A stretch of DNA of 64,000 bases from Armatimonadota bacterium. GTDB lineage: Bacteria > Armatimonadota > SYMT01. Numbering within the stretch: the stretch's first letter is position 1; every line of letters starts with the position of its first letter. The stretch is from positions 1,248,001-1,312,000 of the forward strand of contig JAWLHY010000001.1 in NCBI GenBank assembly GCA_041690135.1, in the 5' to 3' direction. This document shows positions 1 to 9,615 of the stretch, one piece after another. A model generated the notes under the pieces. That model was not told where the DNA came from, searched no databases, and saw only the letters and a list, made by a program, of their open reading frames with translations. A program made the translations under genes and the position numbers.

Positions 1-150
1 TCCTCCGGCCTCGGCCAGATAGAGCTCACCGCCGGTCCCGAACGAGATCGCCGAGGGAAACGTCAGCCCGGTAATCAACGGCTCGACACGATATCCCTGC
101 GGCGCCACGATGGCGTCCGGGTTCACCGGGCGCTGTGGTCCGATACGCAT
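1..150 (-). CDS. N-terminus of a probable glucose/sorbosone dehydrogenase-like beta-propeller protein (runs off the window edge)
   Basis: Manual translation from ATG at 150 gives MRIGPQRPVNPDAIVAPQGYRVEPLITGLTFPSAISFGTGGELYLAEAGG; GAAAGAGG RBS upstream. Not in the ORF track. Confidence 0.65.
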   Translation of the reverse strand, partial: MRIGPQRPVNPDAIVAPQGYRVEPLITGLTFPSAISFGTGGELYLAEAGG

Positions 151-456
151 GTGCAACCTCTTTCGTGGATGCCGGGAGCGCAAATTACGTCCTGGAAGGT
201 CATCTTTCGGCCTTCCACACGCGCGCTTCCCGTCGGGATCGACCGGGTGCCGCCGCTTGTTCAGCAGCCGGGCAGGGCCGTGACCCCACCGCACACCGGC
301 TATCGATCCCTTCGACTATACGGCAAGCCGGTTTTACTCTCCTCCGGCCGTTTATCGGGTTTGCCGGCCCCGCCTCCTGCAAAGGGGGAATCGGGAGAGA
401 AGCGGCCGCGCGGTTGGGAGTTCCGCCTCCCCTCGGCGCAGCCTCTCCCAGGCGAC

Positions 457-1374
457 TCACAGCCACCCGTTGCGACGGTAGACCAGGTATCCCACTTCCT
501 CCCAAAGCCACACGGTGAAAGCCCGGTAACGCTCTCCGGCTCCCATCAGCAGGTAGGGGTGGAAGTCCGGCTGCACACAAGGCGAGCAGATGACCTCCAG
601 CCCCTGCTTGCGGAACGTGGCCTGCGCGCGCCGCATGTGCGTGGGATCGCTGACGAGAATGATCTTCTTCCATCCCATTTTCTGGGCTAGCTTGCGGACT
701 TCCACCGCCTCGTCATGGGTGTTCTGCACGGTACCGGTCTCACGAATCCGGTGGTTCAGCCCTAGATTATCCATCAGCTTTCGCACCGCCGGGACGTAGG
801 ATGGGCGCGGATGCGGCAGGCGCGTGAGGATCAGTTCCCGCGCATAGCCTTTCCCCAGCACCTCGAACCCATGCAGCAGCCGGGCTCGAGAGGCCCCATC
901 CAGGTCTCCGTTCTTCCGGATGTCGGAAGAGAGCACTACCACGGCTTCTACCCGTTCCAGGGGGTCCTCACGCACGAGGCCTTTCACCCCCAGGGTGGGA
1001 TAGCGGGTGTAGCCTATCACCAACAGGGCGGCCATAACCAGTGCGGCCAGGGACCAGCCCACGCGTTTGGCCGGACGCGGCCAGATGAACGCCAGCAGGG
1101 CGGCCACGGCGGTTCCGGCAAGCACCGTGTGGTTGTTGCGAAAGATCGGTACGATCTGCGCACCCACTGAAAAGGCCGCGTGCCAGGCGAGCACGCCCAG
1201 GATCAGACCGCCCGCGGCCGTACCGGCCCGTTCGCGGAAGTCCGGGCGTGGGGCAGAGTCGCGACGGGCGGCCGGTTTGCCGCTCTTCCCCCCGCTCGCC
1301 GCCGACCCGCGCTGCTTCCGCTGCGCGCCGAGCAGGAGTTCCCGACCCTTTTGGTTCGTCTCTATCTGTCCCAC
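457..1374 (-). CDS. YdcF/DUF218 family membrane protein
   Basis: N-terminal TM helices, then AVVVLSS...RARL, NTHDEA and ILVSDPTHMRRA motifs. Confidence 0.85.
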   Translation of the reverse strand: MGQIETNQKGRELLLGAQRKQRGSAASGGKSGKPAARRDSAPRPDFRERAGTAAGGLILGVLAWHAAFSVGAQIVPIFRNNHTVLAGTAVAALLAFIWPRPAKRVGWSLAALVMAALLVIGYTRYPTLGVKGLVREDPLERVEAVVVLSSDIRKNGDLDGASRARLLHGFEVLGKGYARELILTRLPHPRPSYVPAVRKLMDNLGLNHRIRETGTVQNTHDEAVEVRKLAQKMGWKKIILVSDPTHMRRAQATFRKQGLEVICSPCVQPDFHPYLLMGAGERYRAFTVWLWEEVGYLVYRRNGWL

Positions 1375-1414
1375 GCTCGTTCACTCACCTCATCCGAACT
1401 GCTCCCGTTGGGGA

Positions 1415-2581
1415 TTAGCGCACCCCCAACAGAACCTCGGTGGTCAATTGATCCAGCTTTTCGTAGCCGCGGCCGGTCGCGCCCACCGCAACCCGGTCGA
1501 TGTTCAGCGCGCGAATGGCGTCGGCATTCGCCTTGCTGTAACCGCTCATCAGTCCCTGCAATCGCTCGTCCTTCGCGCGGATCTCCGCCAGCAGCCCCTG
1601 GATCTCCGTGTCGGCGTTGAAGCGCGCCACCTTTTCCTGAAGGATCTTGTAGGTGCGCATGCAGCCGGCGCAGAAGTCCCACACGCCCGCCGCATCTTCC
1701 GTCCGCATGGCATGCGCGTCGAAATGCCGCATGCCGCCCCACTGGTAGTCTTCCAGTAGCTTGACGAGGAAGAAGGCGCCCTTGATGTCCTCCTGCCCGA
1801 AGCGGAAGTCCTGGTCGTAACGCCCCGGCCGTTGCGCGTTGAGATCGATGTGGAACAGCTTGTTCTGTTCCAGGGCCTGCGCCACCCCGTGATAGAAATT
1901 CAGGCCCGCCATCGTCTCGTGGGCCACTTCCGGGTTCACTCCCACCATTGTCGGGTCGTCCAGGGTTTCGATGAACGCCAGCATGTGGCCGGTTGTGGGC
2001 AGGTAGATATCGCCGCGCGGCTCGTTCGGTTTTGCTTCCAGGGCGAACTTGAGGTTGTAACCGTTGTCCTTCACGTAGCCGATGAGGAAGTTCATGCACT
2101 CCCGCATCCACTTCACCGCCTCGACCGCGTCCTTGGAGGCATCGACTTCGGTCCCCTCGCGGCCGCCCCAGAAGACATAGGTGGTGGCGCCGAGCTCTAC
2201 CCCCAGGTCCATCGCCTGCATGGTCTTCTGCAGGGCGTAGGCGCGGACTTTCGGGTCGTTGGAAGTGAAAGCGCCGTCCTTGAAGATCGGGTCTCCAAAG
2301 AGGTTCGTGGTGGCCATCGGCACCTTCATGTCGTGGTCGGCGAGGGCCTGCTTGAACTCCGAGACGATGCGGTCCCGCTCGGCCGGGGTGGCGTCGATCG
2401 GCACCAGGTCGTTGTCGTGCAGGTTCACCCCGTACGCGCCGAGCTGGGAGAGCCGAACGACGCCTTCCACGGGGGAGATGCGCTCGCGAACCGGCTCGCC
2501 GAATGGGTCGCGCCCTGGATTGCCGAAGGTCCAGAGCCCGAACGTGAAACGATCCTCCGCGGTGGGTTGGTAGCGATCCAT
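1415..2581 (-). CDS. xylA: Xylose isomerase (short, Streptomyces/Thermus type)
   Basis: [47 protein letters not shown] and HFD motifs; 388 aa. Confidence 0.97.
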   Translation of the reverse strand: MDRYQPTAEDRFTFGLWTFGNPGRDPFGEPVRERISPVEGVVRLSQLGAYGVNLHDNDLVPIDATPAERDRIVSEFKQALADHDMKVPMATTNLFGDPIFKDGAFTSNDPKVRAYALQKTMQAMDLGVELGATTYVFWGGREGTEVDASKDAVEAVKWMRECMNFLIGYVKDNGYNLKFALEAKPNEPRGDIYLPTTGHMLAFIETLDDPTMVGVNPEVAHETMAGLNFYHGVAQALEQNKLFHIDLNAQRPGRYDQDFRFGQEDIKGAFFLVKLLEDYQWGGMRHFDAHAMRTEDAAGVWDFCAGCMRTYKILQEKVARFNADTEIQGLLAEIRAKDERLQGLMSGYSKANADAIRALNIDRVAVGATGRGYEKLDQLTTEVLLGVR

Positions 2582-2797
2582 GATACTTGCCTTTCTGAAT
2601 CCGCCGAGCCGGGGAATCGACGGTGATCACCGGTGGCGAAAGCCGGAATTTGCTGTCGGCGGCTGCGACACGGGTAATTCTACAGCCGTCCGATCGAACC
2701 CTGCTCAACTCTCCTCACCCGACACCGGGATAAGGTAAGGATAAGAGGGAAACAGCAGGGTGCTGCTCCAGAAGAGGCCTGTTAAGGAACCACTCCC

Positions 2798-3055
2798 ATG
2801 CCCGTTCGACGCGCGAAACAGCCGGAGGCGGCGGAACCGGAGAGCCCGGTCGTCCTGCATAAGAATCTCACCGTCCTGACCACCACGGACCCCCTACTCC
2901 TCCGGGAGATCAAGGCGGATAAGAAGATCGGCCCCCACCTGATCGCGGAGCTTTCCGAGACCACCGTCATTCTCGCTCCCGGCTCGGAAGAGGCGGTGAC
3001 CCGCCAGTTGCTGAAGGCCGGTCACCTGCCGCAGATTCGGAAGGGGACGCCATGA
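2798..3055 (+). CDS. Small protein with a p8/Tfb5-like pattern, coupled to the next gene
   Basis: AAGGA RBS; ATGA overlap with 3052; resembles the C-terminal domain of the downstream protein. Confidence 0.75.
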   Translation: MPVRRAKQPEAAEPESPVVLHKNLTVLTTTDPLLLREIKADKKIGPHLIAELSETTVILAPGSEEAVTRQLLKAGHLPQIRKGTP

Positions 3056-5496
3056 GCCGGGACGACTTCTTCGATGAGGAGGATTTCCTGTTGGACGACG
3101 ACCTGGCGCCGGAGGAGATTCTGGATCTCCGGGCGGTGGCCGGAACGTCTGCCAACGAGCCGATGAGCGCGGAAGAGCGGGCGGAGTTGGCGGCGTTCTT
3201 CCACGGCTACAATGCCGAAGTCTTGAAGCGGATGGCGAACCTGTGGGCCGGGCCGCGCGCCGGCACTCGGAAAGAGCAGTGCGTCCAGGCGATGGTCGGG
3301 GTGCTGGCCGACCCGGCGAAACTTCGGGAGATGATCGGGCGGCTCACGCCATTCCAACGGGCCGGCCTGGGGCTCCTGATGTACCGTGGGGGCGTGGCGC
3401 CCTCCGTGGAATTCGCCGCCGAGTTGTTGGGCCTGGGACTTCCCTTTGAACGTGTGGGTCTCTACTACAACTATGGCTATGGCTATAACCGCGGTGGCTC
3501 CGGCATTGGGGCGTTAAGCGCGCTCATGGCCACGGGGCTGGTGCTGGACACCGGCATCGACGATCTTACCGGCACTTCCCGGCAAACGTGCTACTTCCGC
3601 CACACTTATGTAGCCGCGGTGACCACCTTCGGCCGGGTCGCCCCGCTCCTGACCGTGCAGGCGCCGGAGCCGCTGAAGGTGGAGCCCGTGGAGTTCACCG
3701 GCCACGGTCGCTTCCGGCGCCCGGCGGAGGCGGCGCTGCCGATGATCAGTCTGATCGATGCCCTTCGGAAGGAGAAGGAGATCCTCCTGACCAACCGCGG
3801 CCGGTTCTCGAAGTCGCTGATCAACCGGCTCGTCAAGCGCGTGGGATTGGACGCCCCAGCCGCCGCGGAAACCCAAACACCCCTGGAGGAGGCTACTTTC
3901 TTCTACCTCCAGCTTCTGATGTCCGGCCGCTTTTTCACCCCTCCAGGTGCGGGCGGCGAGATTCGGCTCTCCACCGTGGTGGATGATGCCATCGCTTCCC
4001 CTTACGAGATCCAGGTGTTGAACTGGGTGCGGGGCTACCGGTCGCTGAAGGGCTGGCATGAGTCCCTTCCCCCTACCGTGGCGCTGTATTCCGACAACGC
4101 GTTTTCGGCGAATTCGATCCACGCCTTCCGCGCCCTGGTGCTCTTGACGCTGGGCGCCCTGCCGGACCCGGAGCGGTGGTACGCTGTGCAGGCGTTTTCC
4201 GATGCACTCTACGCACGCGTCGGCGACCAGTTTTCCATCGCCTACGTCTATCCGTTCTACACCACGCAGCGCGATCCCACTAAGGCCGAACGGGAGCGCC
4301 AGGCTTACCTGCAGAAGCAGCATGCCAACTGGCAGCAGCGGGAAGAGGTTCTGCTTCGGAATATGCTGATCGGGCCCCTCTTCCATCTCGGTCTCGTCGA
4401 GCTTTCCTTCGCGGAAACCGACGACACGCGGCAGCGGCTGCGGTTCCGGCTGACGGACCTGGGGCGCACCGCACTTTACGATACGCTCCGGCCCGGTAGC
4501 CGCCCGATGACACCTGCGGCCGAGAGCCTCCCCTCGGAGCCTTGCTGGGTGGTACAGCCGAATTTCGAGGTGATCGCCTACCTCGATCGAGCCAGTCCGG
4601 CGCAGTTGGGTTTCCTGGGCCGGATCGCCGAGCGGAAATCACTCACCGGCGCGGTCGGAGTATATTCCATCACGCGCGAGTCGGTGTACCACTCGCTGGA
4701 AGCCGGCATGGCGGTAGAAGCTATTCTTGAGACGCTGCAGGCCGGCGCAAAGCACGATCTGCCGGAGGTGGTGGCGCGCAGCATCCGGGACTGGGCTGGC
4801 CGGCGCGAGCGGATCGCCGTATACGTGGACGCCTCCCTGCTGGAGTTTCCCGACCGCGAGAGTCGGGATGCGGAGTTGAGTCGGAAGTCGGGCCTGGGTC
4901 GGCCGGTCGGAGACCGGTTCGTGCTCGTGGAGAAGCAGGGCAGTGCGGCGAAGCCCGGCGTTGCGGTGGGGCGGACCGTGGACTATCATGCCGTCGCCAG
5001 CCGGTGCGTCCGCGTCTCCGAGGAGGGGCTGCTGGAGTTGATCCCGGAGAAGGCCGACCTCCTGGTGTCGCACGAATTGGATGCCATCGCGCGCCGGGTG
5101 GTGGGAAATTCCCACCAGTGGGTCCTGGACGCGAAATCCGTGGGGGAGGCGTCGCAGGCGGGGTTCACCGGGGAGGCCATTCTCTCTCTGCTCGGGCAGC
5201 GCAGCCAGGGGGGGATTCCGGCCATCTTGCGCGTCGCCATCTCCCGGTGGGCGCTGAAGCGGCGGTCCTCGAAGGTGCCGGCGCTGGGAAAGGTGACCCT
5301 CCTCCAGCTTCCGACGCTGGAAATTGCGGACGCTCTGGCCGGAAGCCGGCGCGCCGCTCCGTACCTCCAGGCACGCCTGGGCCCGCAGACCTTTCTGGTG
5401 CCTTCAGAGGCCGCGAGGCCGCTGGGTAAGCTGCTCGTCGAACTGGGGCTCGAGGCGACGGGCGCCTTCGAAAGCCTGGAGTGGTCTCCCGATTGA
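3052..5496 (+). CDS. Helicase-associated domain protein (Helicase_C_3, p52/Tfb2-like), no ATPase motifs seen
   Basis: VVQPNFEVIAY...YSITRESVYHSLEAG...LPEVVARSIRDW motif, with a second copy near the C-terminus. Confidence 0.85.
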   Translation: MSRDDFFDEEDFLLDDDLAPEEILDLRAVAGTSANEPMSAEERAELAAFFHGYNAEVLKRMANLWAGPRAGTRKEQCVQAMVGVLADPAKLREMIGRLTPFQRAGLGLLMYRGGVAPSVEFAAELLGLGLPFERVGLYYNYGYGYNRGGSGIGALSALMATGLVLDTGIDDLTGTSRQTCYFRHTYVAAVTTFGRVAPLLTVQAPEPLKVEPVEFTGHGRFRRPAEAALPMISLIDALRKEKEILLTNRGRFSKSLINRLVKRVGLDAPAAAETQTPLEEATFFYLQLLMSGRFFTPPGAGGEIRLSTVVDDAIASPYEIQVLNWVRGYRSLKGWHESLPPTVALYSDNAFSANSIHAFRALVLLTLGALPDPERWYAVQAFSDALYARVGDQFSIAYVYPFYTTQRDPTKAERERQAYLQKQHANWQQREEVLLRNMLIGPLFHLGLVELSFAETDDTRQRLRFRLTDLGRTALYDTLRPGSRPMTPAAESLPSEPCWVVQPNFEVIAYLDRASPAQLGFLGRIAERKSLTGAVGVYSITRESVYHSLEAGMAVEAILETLQAGAKHDLPEVVARSIRDWAGRRERIAVYVDASLLEFPDRESRDAELSRKSGLGRPVGDRFVLVEKQGSAAKPGVAVGRTVDYHAVASRCVRVSEEGLLELIPEKADLLVSHELDAIARRVVGNSHQWVLDAKSVGEASQAGFTGEAILSLLGQRSQGGIPAILRVAISRWALKRRSSKVPALGKVTLLQLPTLEIADALAGSRRAAPYLQARLGPQTFLVPSEAARPLGKLLVELGLEATGAFESLEWSPD

Positions 5497-5508
5497 TCGA
5501 AACCGTCC

Positions 5509-6471
5509 CTAACCCGGCTGGTCGTCAATCGCGGGCTCGATGAGGACCAGCACCTCTCGCCCATCCTGTTCCCGACGGCTGACAACGAGGCGATAGGTCC
5601 GGTTGGCGGCCAGCGCCAGGGTTGAACGGATGGAAGAGGCGCCCCGTCCGTTTGCCCGGAGTTGATACGACCCGGCGCCGAGCGTGAGCGGGAGCGAGGT
5701 GCCGGGGGCGATCATCGCGGTACGCGTGCCCTGACCCTCGATCACCACGTCCACCGGGGCGGCGTCGTCATTGCGGATCATCACCACCGCGCGGGTGCCG
5801 TCGGGGCGCGCGAGCCCGCCCAGTGACGCATCGTTGCTCGGCACCGTGGTCTCCAGGGGGGCGGGAGCGGGAGCCCGCATCACCGTGACCGACTGCCGTG
5901 CGGGCCCGGACTGGCTGTAGACCACCGTGGGAGGGCTCGACCGCGGGTAGACCGGCTGGATAGGCACGGCGGTTGTCCGCGGTGGCGGGATAGGCCGGGG
6001 GCGCACGGTGACGACCGGAGTCTCGACGCGGGGCGTCGTCGAGCCACGTGTGTCGGTTGAGTCAGGCGTCCCGGGCCTGGGCACCTGAGCGTAGTGCTGG
6101 GGCATCGCTGCCGCCTGCGGAGAAACCAGTTGGGGATCGGTGGCCGGAGGCACGGGGAGTTGGACCGGTTGAGTAGCTGCGCTCTCAATGGTAGGCGTAC
6201 GGGCCGGTGGTGCGCTTGCCCGGCCAATCCAGAAACCCACGAGGCACGCGCAAATCGCCCCAGCCGCCCCGGCTCCCACGTAGAGCGCGGCGGGCCACTT
6301 TCGTTCCAGCGACCAGGAAAGAGTCGGCTGCCGGTCCAGGTCCCAGGATTGGGTACGGTCGTCCGGGTTCGGGGCACCCATCGGCATGAATTGGTGCTCC
6401 CCGCACGACCAGCAGCGGCTTTCGCCTTGATCGTTCAGACTCCCGCACCCGGCGCACGCTTTGCGAACCAC
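5509..6471 (-). CDS. Hypothetical membrane protein: zinc ribbon, TM helix, Pro-rich linker, beta-rich C-terminal domain
   Basis: CAGC...CWSC, one hydrophobic helix and a Pro/Thr-rich stretch; GTG start after GGAGG. Confidence 0.7.
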   Translation of the reverse strand: MVRKACAGCGSLNDQGESRCWSCGEHQFMPMGAPNPDDRTQSWDLDRQPTLSWSLERKWPAALYVGAGAAGAICACLVGFWIGRASAPPARTPTIESAATQPVQLPVPPATDPQLVSPQAAAMPQHYAQVPRPGTPDSTDTRGSTTPRVETPVVTVRPRPIPPPRTTAVPIQPVYPRSSPPTVVYSQSGPARQSVTVMRAPAPAPLETTVPSNDASLGGLARPDGTRAVVMIRNDDAAPVDVVIEGQGTRTAMIAPGTSLPLTLGAGSYQLRANGRGASSIRSTLALAANRTYRLVVSRREQDGREVLVLIEPAIDDQPG

Positions 6472-6712
6472 ACCAGCCCTCCGCTTCTGGGAGACCGATC
6501 GAGAGGCAACCCCTACCAACCCGGCCCGGCACCAGCCGGACCGGAGACCGAACCCGCGGCTACTGTCTCAGCTTACCGACGCTTGCGATGGTTCAAACTC
6601 TCCGTCTCACCTGTTGGAAGAACGGCATCGGCCACGAGTTCCATGCGCGAAAGGTTAAGCGCCGCGCTGCGTTGAAGTGATTGTAGCACGGACGGTAAAT
6701 CAGGAGACACGA

Positions 6713-7510
6713 ATGAAACTAGGAGCGAATTCGGTCCTGTTTGGCGGACACGATCTGGAAACAGCCTTCAAATACTTTTCGATGGCGGGATATGACGGCA
6801 TTGAGCTCTCCGCCATCCCCAACATGAGCGAGCACCTGGTCCTCGAGCGGTGGCAGGAATTGGTGCCGGAGATTAAGCGGTACGCCCGCGATTACCAGCT
6901 CGAGTTGCTGGCCATCGAACAGCCGTCCCAGGACGCCGGCCGCATGGAGCAGGCGTTCCAGGCCGCTTCCGAACTGGGTGTGCCTGTGGTGAACTGCGGA
7001 CCCGGCGGCAAAACCGGCGACGAGGAAAGCCTGCAGCAATCCATCGATACCATTGGGCGCCTCGTGGGGATGGCCGAGAAATACGGGGTCACCCTTTGCG
7101 TCAAGGCGCACGTCGGCAATGCCATCTACAACACCCCGACCACCCTGCGTCTGATGGAAGCGATCACCTCCCCGCTCTTTGGGGTGGACATGGACCCTTC
7201 GCACATCTACCGGGCCAATGAAGACCCGGTAGAGGCGATTACGGCCGTGGTCTCCCGGGTGAAGCATGTGCATATCCGCGACTGTAAGGGTCGCCAGCAG
7301 GGCCCCGGTAAGCCGGAACTCCAGGCCAACGGCCGGGGCGACATCAACCTGGTCGGCTACATCCGCGCGCTGCACGACGCCGGGTACACGGGCCCCGTCA
7401 ACCTGGAGATCATCGGGGCGAAGGAGTACACCGTGGAGCAATGCTGCACCATCGCCGCCGAGTCCCGGGGTCACATGCAGGCCTGCCTACAGGCCTGTGG
7501 TGCAAGGTAA
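6713..7510 (+). CDS. Sugar phosphate isomerase/epimerase (TIM barrel)
   Basis: GYDGIEL, DMDPSH, HVHIRD and GYTGPVNLE motifs; AGGAG RBS. Confidence 0.9.
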   Translation: MKLGANSVLFGGHDLETAFKYFSMAGYDGIELSAIPNMSEHLVLERWQELVPEIKRYARDYQLELLAIEQPSQDAGRMEQAFQAASELGVPVVNCGPGGKTGDEESLQQSIDTIGRLVGMAEKYGVTLCVKAHVGNAIYNTPTTLRLMEAITSPLFGVDMDPSHIYRANEDPVEAITAVVSRVKHVHIRDCKGRQQGPGKPELQANGRGDINLVGYIRALHDAGYTGPVNLEIIGAKEYTVEQCCTIAAESRGHMQACLQACGAR

Positions 7511-7574
7511 TCTCCGGGAAATCCTGGTAAGATCGGTTGGGACTTTTGTAGTCGGTCGCGAGGAGGTTGGTTCG

Positions 7575-8156
7575 ATGTCCGTAGCTGTTCGCGAGGTAAC
7601 CCCTCCCCTTCTCACGTATGAAGACTATCTTGCGGAAGGAGAGGTCAATCAGAGGTACGACATCATCGATGGAGTGCGCATCGTGACGAACCCGCTTCGC
7701 CGTCACCAGCGGATTACTCAGAAGCTGCTGCGTGCGCTGGAAGACTACGAAACTGCGACAGGCCGCGGAATGGCCGTTGTTGCGCCATCGGATGTCCTGA
7801 TTACCCAGGTACCGCTGCGAACTCGCCAGCCGGACGTGCTCTTCATCAGTCATGAGCGGCTGGCGGAATGCGCGGGCGATACGGATCCCGCGCTGTTGTT
7901 CCGCGCTCCAGAATTCGTGGTAGAGGTGCTCTCTCCGAACGAGTCCCGTGGGAGCATCCTGTCCAAGCTGAATGATTATGCGCGGGTCGAGGTTCTTGAA
8001 GCCTGGCTGGTAAGCCCCCAGGCAGAAACGATCGAGGTGATCCGTCTTGCGACGGATCACCTCGAAACCGTGGCGGTCTACGGGGCAGGGCAATCGGCGC
8101 GGTCCGTGGTGCTGGACGGCTTCGAGATCCCCCTGTCCGTTGTCTTCGCCCGGTGA
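7575..8156 (+). CDS. Uma2 family PD-(D/E)XK endonuclease-like protein
   Basis: TYEDYL, YDIIDG, HQ, QPDVLF, APEFVVEVLSP and K..DY...V.EAWLVSP motifs; AGGAGG RBS. Confidence 0.92.
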   Translation: MSVAVREVTPPLLTYEDYLAEGEVNQRYDIIDGVRIVTNPLRRHQRITQKLLRALEDYETATGRGMAVVAPSDVLITQVPLRTRQPDVLFISHERLAECAGDTDPALLFRAPEFVVEVLSPNESRGSILSKLNDYARVEVLEAWLVSPQAETIEVIRLATDHLETVAVYGAGQSARSVVLDGFEIPLSVVFAR

Positions 8157-8157
8157 A

Positions 8158-9060
8158 CTAACCGAAACCGGCGACCTTCTTCACGACCTGCATCGCGTGC
8201 TCGGGCGTGGAGGAAGTCCCGTGCTCCATCCCTACGTAATCGGCGTAGCCTTCCTGGCGCAGCACCTTGAAGATGTTCTCGTAGTTCATCTCGCCGGTGC
8301 CGGGCTCCTTGCGGCCGGGCACGTCACCGATCTCCACGAACTTGATCCACTTCTTCCGCAGCCCCTCGCGCAGGTTGTTGATGATGTTCCCCTCGCTGAG
8401 CTGCAGGTGGTACATGTCGAAGTCCAGCTTCACGTGCGGGTGGTTCACCTCTTCAACGATCTTGAACCCGTGCCGGGCGGAGAGGACGCTCATCTGCGGG
8501 CTCTCGACGATGTTGAGCGGCTCCAGGCAGAAGTAGACGTTGTTCTTCGCCGCGATATCGCCGGCTTTCTTCAGCCCTTCGATGAACTGGCGGTGCTGCA
8601 CTTCGAGCGGGATATCCTTCTCGGTGGCGCCGAGGAAGCAAATCAGGTTCTCCACGCCGAACCGCTTGGCCACTTCGATGTGATCCTTGAAGTCCTGCAG
8701 GAAGGCCTCTTCGTAACCGGTCTTCGTCAGCCCGGTTTTCCAGCCGGTCTTACCGTTTCCGGTGATGCTGCCGCACTTCAAGCCTGTCTTCTTCTGCGCG
8801 GCTTCCATCGCGGCGGCCTGGTCCTGCTTCAGGCCCCAGAAGCTGAACGCCTTGTACCCCGCATCCGCCACCCGCTGGATGCGCTCGGCGTAGGGCATGC
8901 TGCGGGGGAACATGATCTCGACGTTGGCCGAGAGGGTGTAGCGAGGCGGCGGCACTCCGTCCTGCGCGGCGGCGGGGGCGGCCGTCTGCGCCAGTCCCGC
9001 CGTGGCGAGGGGGGCAAAGGCGGCGGCCGAAAGAAGCTGTCGGCGGTTGATTTCACTCAT
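8158..9060 (-). CDS. Tat-exported hydroxypyruvate isomerase-family TIM barrel protein
   Basis: NRRQLL Tat motif; LEPLN, FDMYHLQLSEGN, DVPGRKEPGTGEMNY and GMEH motifs. Confidence 0.9.
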   Translation of the reverse strand: MSEINRRQLLSAAAFAPLATAGLAQTAAPAAAQDGVPPPRYTLSANVEIMFPRSMPYAERIQRVADAGYKAFSFWGLKQDQAAAMEAAQKKTGLKCGSITGNGKTGWKTGLTKTGYEEAFLQDFKDHIEVAKRFGVENLICFLGATEKDIPLEVQHRQFIEGLKKAGDIAAKNNVYFCLEPLNIVESPQMSVLSARHGFKIVEEVNHPHVKLDFDMYHLQLSEGNIINNLREGLRKKWIKFVEIGDVPGRKEPGTGEMNYENIFKVLRQEGYADYVGMEHGTSSTPEHAMQVVKKVAGFG

Positions 9061-9293
9061 AGCGGGCTCCGCGATCGATGACGTACGACGGGTGTCGGAA
9101 AAGAACAGCCCGGCATCCGGCCTCTCTTCACGGAAACTCACCGGTGAGGGAGCCACGGGTACAGTAAGGCCGGAGGGGCGAGCTAATATAGCTTCGGTGT
9201 GAAGGGCCCCGCAGACCTCCTCGGCCTGCGCTCCTCACCCCCTCCGGCTGTCTGGCGTATTTCTTGTTTCAGGGAGTAACCGGCGACGGGAGG

Positions 9294-9482
9294 TCAGTCG
9301 TCGCCGGGGCCGTGGTGGGCATACGGCATACCGCTGGGCCGGGTAGGCCCTACCTCTTCAATGTTGACCCACCGGCCATCCAGCCGGATGCCGGTGAAGG
9401 TGGGCTCGCTATCGCAGCTGGATTCGCGGCAGAGGGTGCGGGGTTGCAGGCACCAGCGGCATACTTCTTCGGTCTTTACCAC
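9294..9482 (-). CDS. Small Cys-rich hypothetical protein (about 62 aa)
   Basis: Strong AGGAGGAG RBS before GTG; CRWC...C....C pattern. Confidence 0.55.
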   Translation of the reverse strand: MVKTEEVCRWCLQPRTLCRESSCDSEPTFTGIRLDGRWVNIEEVGPTRPSGMPYAHHGPGDD

Positions 9483-9615
9483 GTCTCTCCTCCTGGGACT
9501 GGACCAAATCGACGGACGGTAGGACACGGCCTTCCACCAGAAGTTGCTGTTGCTTCAAGAAGGGTTTCTGGACGTAGGAGGAGAACGTCTAGACATCTTC
9601 TAGAAAGCAGTCGGA

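Noticed and set aside
3052-5496. Active helicase
   Set aside because: No Walker A or DExH motifs seen.
7575-8156. Uma2 gene as a restriction/defence system
   Set aside because: Stand-alone member of a commonly expanded family, with no methylase or partner gene.
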